A stretch of 52,788 nucleotides of DNA. Source: a virus (lineage: Duplodnaviria > Caudoviricetes). Under the pieces are notes generated by a model. That model ran no database searches, was not told the DNA's origin, and saw only the letters and a program-made list of their open reading frames with translations. The stretch is taken from positions 1 through 52,788 of the IMG/VR virus record IMGVR_UViG_3300022707_001565. One strand, 5' to 3'. Position 1 is the stretch's first letter, and the number at the start of each line of letters is the position of its first letter. A program made the translations under genes and the position numbers. Of this stretch, positions 45,438 to 52,788 are shown one piece after another.

Positions 45438-47998
45438 TATCGCAGCACCGCAATACTTCCCAGACTAAAGTCATCATCAATTAATTCATTAGCCTTATCA
45501 AATATTGCTTCAACCATTTCAGTCGTTACTAGCTGGCCAGGTTGTAATCCGCTAATGCGCAAATCAACTTCTGATCGTGGTGGTGCCTCGCCCCCTGCGC
45601 CTCCACTGTCTGGCGCTGATGCTGTTTGTGCTGCTGCGCCTCCACCTGTTGGCGGTGCTGAAATTGTGCCTGAACCTTTTGATGCCCCTAGGATTGTTGC
45701 TATCTGTGCTGCGCCTGTTGCCGCAGCTAATGCCATAGCTGGATATGCCGCTGGGAAACCAAGTTCCATTGCACGAGCAATACCAATAGATGTAGAAACA
45801 GCTGCCTGTGCTACACCAAACAATTTACTATTGGCTAATGATCCTGAACCAAATGCCTCAGATAAAATTGATGCCGCTTCCAGAAATTGACTTGCCCCTT
45901 GCAGACGCATGCGGAATTTTTTGGCATCGCGTTTAACACGTTCATTATGGAATTCATCTTCCATTTTATTCAAACGCTCAAGATGTTTGGAATTTATATC
46001 CTCAAGTATTTTAGCTTTTTCTTCTTCACTTTCAAAAGCAGATTCATGCAATGAATTAATAAATTCTTTATCAAGCTCTGCACGTTCAATTTCCTTTTCC
46101 ATTTTCTTATCAAATGCCTCTTGCCGCATTTGTTCTTCAATGCTTAAGCCTGAAGATAATAATTCAAGTCTGCGTGCCTGGGTATCAGTTAATATTGCAT
46201 CAATTTCATCTTGAGCTTCTTTTAATTCATCAGGAGTAGGCCCACCAGCAGCTTCTTTTTCTTTTGCTTCAGGACTATCTTTTTCTGCAGACCTTTCGCC
46301 AAGACCACGTGCGGCAGCTTCAGCAGCATCATTAATGCCTTTAATTTGTGCCTCAAATTCTTCTTCACGTTTCTTTTTACGCTCTTCAATTGCATTAGCT
46401 TCATTACCAATATTAATTATTGCTTGCTCATTATTTTTCTTAGCAATTTCAGCAGCTGCATTTACTTTTTCCTGCTCTTCTGCTGCTGCTTTTCCTGCTT
46501 TACCTATTTCCTGACTCAGAGTTCTATTGACTGTTAATGTTGCTGTGTAGGTATCTGCTAAGGCTTGAGAACTAACTCCCAATTTTTCAAGTATAGCAGT
46601 TGCAGCCCCACTTTGCATTATAACTTTTATTATATCATTAATCCCACGCTTAAATGTATTGACCGTAAAATTAAGAATACCTTGAACAACAGCCATTGAG
46701 CTTCTAAGTACAGAACCTAAACCGCCTGTGAAAACAATCCACGCATCACTTAAATTGCTCGTAATAATTACCCATGTAGCCTCCAATCCCAATAATATTT
46801 TTTCCATGAACTCAACAGTAACAGCTAATCCATTCTTTATATTCAACCATACAATGCTGAATTGTCTACCCAATTCAATACTAATTAAATTCATTTGCAA
46901 CATCTGTGCTTCTGCGCCAGAGAATAATCGTATGACATCTGCAACAACATCAACCGTATCTCTGAATACTGCAAGCAAGCCTGAATCTCCTGCACTCAAT
47001 AACATTTCTTCAAAAGCAGAATTTAAACCTTTTAGAGATCCGCTAAGAGTATCTCTCATTTCAGCAGCAAGCTCTTTGGTTGTTCCTTTAGCAGCTTCAT
47101 TTGCCATTGTTAATTCTTCTAATGCTTTATTATTTTTGGAAAGTATTAATGCTGCTGCAGCATTTCTGCGTCCAAATATTTCTACAGCTTGTGCAGCAGT
47201 TAAATTGGCATCGCCAAACCTTTTGAATATTTCAGGCAAACCTCTTTTAGCAGGATCAACATCATCCAATGCTAGGCCCATTTGGCGCATTGTTGCCTCC
47301 GCGCCGTCCGTTGTTTTTAATAGCGCAGCCATAACACCACGCAGATTAGTACCAGCCAAACTGGCTTGGATGCCACTATTACCTAAAATACCAATAGCAG
47401 CTGCAGTAGTTTCTACAGATTGTCCAAGAGCACCAGCAATTGGGCCTGCAGATTTCATAGCCTCAGCTAATTGCCCCACAGTGGTATTTGCACTATTTGC
47501 TGTATTAGTTAATGTGTCAATGACTCTTTCAGTTTCATTGACACCTAAACCGAATTGTGCTAAAACATTTGAGGCAATATCAGCAGCTGTTCCTAGGTCT
47601 AACATTCCTGTCACAGCTAAATCTAAGGTACTGGGTAATGCTGATATTGCTTCTTCAGCGCTAAATCCTGCGCGTGCTAGGAATAATAAACCTTCACCAG
47701 CTTCTTTTGCAGAAAACTGCGTGGTGGCCCCCATCTCTCTGGCAGTTTCATTTAATTTTCTAAATTGTTCCTCTGTTGCCCCTGAAACACCTTTCAAGGT
47801 ACGCATGGTCAATTCAAATTCTGACCAGACCTTAATTGTTTTGCGAATGGTTGCAATGCCGCCAAGTATCCCAATTAATTTTTTAACTGATATGCCAGCA
47901 GACTTTGATGACTTCTCGATACCACCAGCAGCTTTTTCATATTGCTTACCGCCAATAGCAGCTTTAGCAGCATCAATTAGTAATCTTAATATTGGCAT
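45437..47998 (-). CDS. Tape measure protein (TP901-type core)
   Basis: AREMGATTQFSA...LARAGF...GIQASLAGTNLR; 853 aa, Ala-rich and helical. Confidence 0.95.
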   Translation of the reverse strand: MPILRLLIDAAKAAIGGKQYEKAAGGIEKSSKSAGISVKKLIGILGGIATIRKTIKVWSEFELTMRTLKGVSGATEEQFRKLNETAREMGATTQFSAKEAGEGLLFLARAGFSAEEAISALPSTLDLAVTGMLDLGTAADIASNVLAQFGLGVNETERVIDTLTNTANSANTTVGQLAEAMKSAGPIAGALGQSVETTAAAIGILGNSGIQASLAGTNLRGVMAALLKTTDGAEATMRQMGLALDDVDPAKRGLPEIFKRFGDANLTAAQAVEIFGRRNAAAALILSKNNKALEELTMANEAAKGTTKELAAEMRDTLSGSLKGLNSAFEEMLLSAGDSGLLAVFRDTVDVVADVIRLFSGAEAQMLQMNLISIELGRQFSIVWLNIKNGLAVTVEFMEKILLGLEATWVIITSNLSDAWIVFTGGLGSVLRSSMAVVQGILNFTVNTFKRGINDIIKVIMQSGAATAILEKLGVSSQALADTYTATLTVNRTLSQEIGKAGKAAAEEQEKVNAAAEIAKKNNEQAIINIGNEANAIEERKKKREEEFEAQIKGINDAAEAAARGLGERSAEKDSPEAKEKEAAGGPTPDELKEAQDEIDAILTDTQARRLELLSSGLSIEEQMRQEAFDKKMEKEIERAELDKEFINSLHESAFESEEEKAKILEDINSKHLERLNKMEDEFHNERVKRDAKKFRMRLQGASQFLEAASILSEAFGSGSLANSKLFGVAQAAVSTSIGIARAMELGFPAAYPAMALAAATGAAQIATILGASKGSGTISAPPTGGGAAAQTASAPDSGGAGGEAPPRSEVDLRISGLQPGQLVTTEMVEAIFDKANELIDDDFSLGSIAVLR

Positions 47999-48001
47999 TA
48001 A

Positions 48002-48430
48002 TTACTCGCTGGATTGTTTTTGTCTTTTTTTATTTTCTTTCTTTTCTCTTGCCTTTCGTTTTTTCTCTTTTTCTTTGGCTTCTTTTTTTAATTCTCTTTC
48101 ATTAGCCTGATATGTCATCCAGACGGTATCAAGTTCTTGAATATATTTGATAAAATCAAGTCTATCATCTACATTCTCAATACAGGCAATATCCAACCAT
48201 GATTTAATATCTGTTATTGATATTGCCGATGGTCCCCAGCCATTGTCCCCTCTTGAATTATTTAATTGAAAAAAAGCAACATAAATATATTCAAGGTCAT
48301 CATATAATTCTGGTTGATCTTCAAGAGGCCTTGGGAGCTTTCCTGTCTTTTTAAAAATCTTCCATAAATTATTCTGGAACTTTTCTTCACCAAAACGAAG
48401 CTGCCACTCTAAGCAGCTGGCAAGTTTCCC
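48002..48430 (-). CDS. Tail assembly chaperone, -1 frameshift extension
   Basis: Frame is open from the G GGA AAC slippery site: LASCLEWQ...AFFQLNNSR...AISITDI..W. Confidence 0.8.
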   Translation of the reverse strand, partial: GKLASCLEWQLRFGEEKFQNNLWKIFKKTGKLPRPLEDQPELYDDLEYIYVAFFQLNNSRGDNGWGPSAISITDIKSWLDIACIENVDDRLDFIKYIQELDTVWMTYQANERELKKEAKEKEKKRKAREKKENKKRQKQSSE

Positions 48431-48822
48431 AGTTCATCCTCCATAGATTGTTTGCGAAAATTCTGTTCCTCACTTGCAGCTTCAAGTACCCAAGTATAAA
48501 ACAGATCATTTTCTGGGTCAGAAATAATTTCATATGCTTTTTCTTCAGAATATTTAATTTCTTTGCCTTTTTCATCGAGTAAATTTTTCCAATCTAAAAG
48601 AATATATCGAGCAACGACTTTTTTAGCGATATCAGATAAGACGTCATCAGAAACCATATCTTTTGCTATTTGTTTACGAAGTGGTTTGTGTAAACGGTTA
48701 GTCATTTCTTTGCACTTAGCATTACCTGCACGTGCAATTAATAATTTTAAGCCCTCTGGAAGATTAACCCAGACGCCTTTCTCCTGTTTCTCTAGGTCAG
48801 TTTTAATTGATCCTAATCTCAT
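48409..48822 (-). CDS. Tail assembly chaperone
   Basis: GVWV...LLIARAGN...ILLDWK; between the tail tube and tape measure genes. Confidence 0.85.
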   Translation of the reverse strand: MRLGSIKTDLEKQEKGVWVNLPEGLKLLIARAGNAKCKEMTNRLHKPLRKQIAKDMVSDDVLSDIAKKVVARYILLDWKNLLDEKGKEIKYSEEKAYEIISDPENDLFYTWVLEAASEEQNFRKQSMEDELGNLPAA

Positions 48823-48851
48823 TTTACTCTCCTTGGATTAGAGTAGTTAGT

Positions 48852-50012
48852 TTATGGTGCGATGAATCGTGCTATTTTTAAAGTGAAGCCTAGTACATCA
48901 TCTCTGAAAGCTGAGTAAGCCATATCAGCAAGAATGTCACTATTCTGTCCACCAGCAACGCGCTGACCTGATGAATATTTGACACGTGGCATCCAGAACA
49001 CATAGCCATTGCCATCTTCATCCTGAACCACAAAAGCTAAATCAGCATCAGTGAATGATAAATATTTATCAATCAAAACAGCAGACTCATAATATTTCTG
49101 GAATGTTCCAGTAACATTAAATTGACCTGTACCAATAGAATCAGTATCAAGCTTGCCAATACATTTTCTGCTGCGCAGATTATTATTAATATCCATAGTG
49201 AATGCAACAGTACATTCATCAAGACCATCATTAAACACACCATCAATATCATCAACGCTTGACAACACTTCATTTTCATTTTTAGCAGGAACAGCGCCAC
49301 CCGTTAAAGATGATCTGCTATCCTCTTTAATTCCCATGAATCCAACAGTGCCAGTAATAATTGCATCACTTGCTAAAGCTAAATTAAGCGTATTAACTTC
49401 CATACCATTGTAATAAGCAAAATTAGTTGAAAGGTCTGCATATTCTCTTTCAATACCAAATGATCGTTGCTCAGTGCCATTAACAATTTCACCAAGCTGA
49501 TTAAAGGTAATAGCAGCACCAGCAGCTTCAGTCACAAGTGTTAATAAATCCACAACCAAATCTGTAGTTGTAACAGACACAACACGGGCAAATCCATTAT
49601 TTGCAGGATCTGTATATCCAGCAACACGCAAAATCTGACCAACAACAAATCCATCAGAAACAAAGCCAGCGGCAGAATCAGTATATTTATTACCAGTAGT
49701 AGCGGCAGCATAGGTTGTATCAGTAATATTAACTTGAGCTGTCCAATCAGCAGACAGTAAACCAGCTTCAAGAAAATCATCAAATGTTTCTGCGCTAAAT
49801 TCGATATTAACATCACCATCAGCGCCAATGCTTGTTCTTACAACATCAGCAGTCTGGCGATCATCACGAATTTCTGCACTATTAGATGAGCCTGTGGTTT
49901 GCTTTAAAGATTCCCCAGTGAAACGAATAGCCTTCTTAGTACCTGGAGCAGTGTCCAGTCCAAAAGTTGACTCTTCAAAATATGATAAATTTACGCGATC
50001 AGCATCAGACAC
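48852..50012 (-). CDS. Major tail tube protein
   Basis: EESTFG...RFTGESL...SAEIRDDR...SFGIE; GTG start with AAGGAG RBS; inserted beta domain. Confidence 0.85.
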   Translation of the reverse strand: MSDADRVNLSYFEESTFGLDTAPGTKKAIRFTGESLKQTTGSSNSAEIRDDRQTADVVRTSIGADGDVNIEFSAETFDDFLEAGLLSADWTAQVNITDTTYAAATTGNKYTDSAAGFVSDGFVVGQILRVAGYTDPANNGFARVVSVTTTDLVVDLLTLVTEAAGAAITFNQLGEIVNGTEQRSFGIEREYADLSTNFAYYNGMEVNTLNLALASDAIITGTVGFMGIKEDSRSSLTGGAVPAKNENEVLSSVDDIDGVFNDGLDECTVAFTMDINNNLRSRKCIGKLDTDSIGTGQFNVTGTFQKYYESAVLIDKYLSFTDADLAFVVQDEDGNGYVFWMPRVKYSSGQRVAGGQNSDILADMAYSAFRDDVLGFTLKIARFIAP

Positions 50013-50028
50013 GGTGTGCTCCTTTTAT

Positions 50029-50472
50029 TTATGCTATATGGTCAAAGTAATAAGGACAAATGACGTTTATAAGATACCACACATTTGGTTCAATGGCACC
50101 AAGATTATTTGTATTTCCTATTCGTTCAATTGATGGAGTTCTATATGTTACAGCATTTTCCTTTACAGCTGTGAAAGCAGGTTTAATTTGATCAACAATG
50201 TTCATTATATCTTTATCGCCATTCTCTATCCTACCATAAACACCAGCAACCGCTAGTCCTAAATTACGATGGCGATTTTTCTGGCCGAATGATGCTTGGC
50301 TAGATTCTCCAGGAGTAATCCTGAAATCAAGCCATAGCTGAACATTACGATGATCAATGGAAGGTCCATTATCATACTGGACAGGTATATCTGATCCACC
50401 ACCCAGAACCCCTATTTCAATATCATTCTTGAATTTAGTTCTAATAAAATTAAAAGCAGCACCATCAAGCAT
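50029..50472 (-). CDS. Tail terminator protein
   Basis: 147 aa directly upstream of the tail tube gene; YDN and WYLINV.CPY motifs. Confidence 0.7.
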   Translation of the reverse strand: MLDGAAFNFIRTKFKNDIEIGVLGGGSDIPVQYDNGPSIDHRNVQLWLDFRITPGESSQASFGQKNRHRNLGLAVAGVYGRIENGDKDIMNIVDQIKPAFTAVKENAVTYRTPSIERIGNTNNLGAIEPNVWYLINVICPYYFDHIA

Positions 50473-50930
50473 TATACTAAAATCTCCCGCTTCAATTCTT
50501 CAACAGCTAATTTGACCATATCACGAGACTGCCTTGAATGGCCATCTTCTAAGAACAAAATGTATGGAACACTGTTTGATAAATAATATGCACCATATGG
50601 TTTTAATGAATCAATTACACGCAACCCAACTTGAATTGCTGGCCCTCCATCTTCACCAAATGGTGTAGGGTCAATCCTTTCAGTACCATCTCTAAATCCT
50701 TTAATAGATGATTGCCACCCACCCCTGGCGCGACCAGTGTCCACTGGAGTTCTAGTAACAACTTTTCTTAAAGCATCCAGCGATATTTTTTGATGGAATG
50801 CTAGGAGCATATCTTGTGTCATCAACTTAGTAATTTTTCTGACCGCGCCAGTGAATCCAGCAACACTTGTGTGTATTTCTGCATTCACTCGATCTATTCG
50901 TCTCTGTGTATTTTCAATTGACCTAGCCAT
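50472..50930 (-). CDS. HK97 gp10-family tail completion protein
   Basis: TPVDTGRARGGW and NSVPYILFLEDGHS. Confidence 0.85.
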   Translation of the reverse strand: MARSIENTQRRIDRVNAEIHTSVAGFTGAVRKITKLMTQDMLLAFHQKISLDALRKVVTRTPVDTGRARGGWQSSIKGFRDGTERIDPTPFGEDGGPAIQVGLRVIDSLKPYGAYYLSNSVPYILFLEDGHSRQSRDMVKLAVEELKREILV

Positions 50931-52780
50931 TATTGTCTCATCTGCAATTCATATAAGGCTATGCGGGCACCAGAGCGGATAGGTCCGACTTCACTAATAG
51001 TAAATTCATCACAATCAATATCAACTTTCATTCCTTTAACGGGGGTAAATGGAATATCTTCAGCGGCAATAAAAGAAATCAGTTTAGAAATTTCTGAATT
51101 ATTATCTCTGCTGAATTTAGCTTTCTGAGGGAATGGTGGAGTTATTTTCCAGCGATACTTTACATTGGAAACAGTAGAAACGCTACCATCAGTTGGATCA
51201 TAACTTGTTCCTGTTTCCTCTGTGAATTCTGCAGTCTTACCAAATTTCTTTAAAAGCCTAGTTGCAAGAGGCACAAACTTTTTATCAAGTACAGTTTCTT
51301 CATTATCGAAAAAACTACAATCTTTAAATTGTGCTTCAGTATTATCTGATTGAATTAATACTCCTGCAGAGTTTGCATTGATGGCACCAACTGATGCCTG
51401 GGTATCATCTGATTGTATTAATTCAGTTCCAGGTCCAGAATTTAATCCAGGGATAAATGTTGCATTGGCATCATTCGCTGAAATTAATATTCCCGAAGCA
51501 AACACAGACATGCCGGTATCTGATCCTCGGTCAATAGTATCTGGTTGGCGCAATCGTGCGCGTGCGGTGAATCCTAAAAGGCTTGATGCGCATAGTTCAT
51601 CTGCATTATCTAAATGTGCATTTGTTGACCTGTTAAAATCTTCAAGCACATATCCTTCACTACCATCAAAGAAGTTATTAATAGTATCAAAAGAATTTTC
51701 ACTATTCGCATAAAGTATGAATGCTTTAAAATGGGAATCTGATACATCAAGATGCTCTGATCCAGCAGGATTTTGTTGTGCGAGAGTTATTGAATATTGG
51801 TTGGTTGGTACTTTTGACACAAAAGTTGTTTTAAATGATCCTGCCCCAATTGACTCGATTGTATCTATAGAATATGCGACTAAATGATCCCACTCAACAT
51901 CTGGATTTCCTAGAGTTGCATCAGGAATTATTTTTGATACAGCATTAATAGGTCCATCAACCATTTTAATTGTACCCAATATATTTTTTATAACTATGGT
52001 TGATGGTTCTGCTTTTCCTGCGAATGTTAGAGATTGATCCGCAACTCCATCCAATTCTAAAATTACACTTGTATTCCAACTTATTACTGAAGTTGCTGTT
52101 ACCAAATAGTCACCAGCCAGATTAATTTGTCCTGTGAATGCTGATAAATCTAAAGTAGCTCCAGCCCCAATAGTTAAGTTGCCACCAATTACATTATTTA
52201 AAGCCCCCAAAAGTATCGTCAAACCATTAATTTCCACGCCATCATCTGCAAACACAATTGCATTACTTGTACAATTAATCTTGCTACCGGATGCCTGAGT
52301 AACATCATAGCCTGCACCAGGAGTCCCTGAAACTCCTATTTCAAAATCACCACTATTAATTATTCCTGTTATGGTTGCCGTTTCTGTAACGCCACCATTG
52401 AAATTCTGGAAGGCGAATATGTCAGTTGTAGTCCATACGCCTCCAATAGTGGTCACATTATTACGAATAAAGATTCTAAAACTACCAAAGTCTGCACCTG
52501 TTGGCGTTGCGACCTGACTTACAGATAGTCGAATAGCTCCACCTGATGAGGCTGTAAATGTGCAGTTTTCTGGCGTAACTAATACCCCTTGAATAGCCCA
52601 TGTTTTAGAACCAATACCGTCATCAGTCATAATTGTGCCAGTTTCAAACGTATCAATTTCTGACGCTAAATTGTTTGTAAGATTAATAGTCTGATTTTGT
52701 CCCCATGTTCTATTCGTTGCGACAGACTTATCATCGAGCCAGTCTACATCATGAGTTTTTGCAACGGTTGGGGTAGCCAT
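50930..52780 (-). CDS. Head-closure protein with a large N-terminal beta-rich extension
   Basis: The C-terminal ~120 aa (ATRLLKKFGK...YDPTDG...LYELQMR) look like a head-tail joining domain; the N-terminal ~490 aa are Gly/Thr/Ser-rich. Confidence 0.7.
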   Translation of the reverse strand: MATPTVAKTHDVDWLDDKSVATNRTWGQNQTINLTNNLASEIDTFETGTIMTDDGIGSKTWAIQGVLVTPENCTFTASSGGAIRLSVSQVATPTGADFGSFRIFIRNNVTTIGGVWTTTDIFAFQNFNGGVTETATITGIINSGDFEIGVSGTPGAGYDVTQASGSKINCTSNAIVFADDGVEINGLTILLGALNNVIGGNLTIGAGATLDLSAFTGQINLAGDYLVTATSVISWNTSVILELDGVADQSLTFAGKAEPSTIVIKNILGTIKMVDGPINAVSKIIPDATLGNPDVEWDHLVAYSIDTIESIGAGSFKTTFVSKVPTNQYSITLAQQNPAGSEHLDVSDSHFKAFILYANSENSFDTINNFFDGSEGYVLEDFNRSTNAHLDNADELCASSLLGFTARARLRQPDTIDRGSDTGMSVFASGILISANDANATFIPGLNSGPGTELIQSDDTQASVGAINANSAGVLIQSDNTEAQFKDCSFFDNEETVLDKKFVPLATRLLKKFGKTAEFTEETGTSYDPTDGSVSTVSNVKYRWKITPPFPQKAKFSRDNNSEISKLISFIAAEDIPFTPVKGMKVDIDCDEFTISEVGPIRSGARIALYELQMRQ

Positions 52781-52788
52781 GCTATGAT

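Noticed and set aside
46728-48110. 460-aa plus-strand ORF
   Set aside because: Antisense shadow of the Ala-rich tape measure gene; no RBS or recognisable motifs.
1-52788. Alternative genetic code, tRNA genes, integrase or introns
   Set aside because: Core genes are intact in the standard code using all three stops; no cloverleaf, recombinase motif or interrupted gene was seen by eye (tRNAscan was not run).

Overview
Near-complete, circularly permuted genome (about 52.8 kb) of a tailed, siphovirus-like dsDNA phage. No integrase or repressor was recognised, so it is probably lytic. The minus strand carries packaging and head genes (1-10 kb) and neck/tail genes (38.9-52.8 kb). The two ends join in head-to-neck gene order, so probably only a short stretch is missing. 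The plus strand carries about 30 small accessory ORFs (10.6-22.4 kb) and a replication module: primase-polymerase, SSB-like protein, DnaQ, SF1 helicase, DnaE-type polymerase, SNF2 helicase and a PD-(D/E)xK nuclease. The main candidate for a new system is a translationally coupled operon at 27.1-30.9 kb, directly upstream of DnaQ/DnaE. It encodes a flavoprotein, a ThyX paralogue with altered active-site motifs, a HAD phosphatase, an SDR reductase, a VOC-fold enzyme and a putative NTP pyrophosphatase, and looks like a pre-replicative pyrimidine hypermodification pathway. Other signals: an ACTGGGT iteron-like array next to terS, promoters with a recurrent 15-bp spacer, a conserved extended RBS, three candidate structured RNAs, a head-closure domain with a ~490-aa N-terminal extension, and a -1 frameshift in the tail chaperone. 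All family assignments come from motifs recognised by eye, not from database searches.
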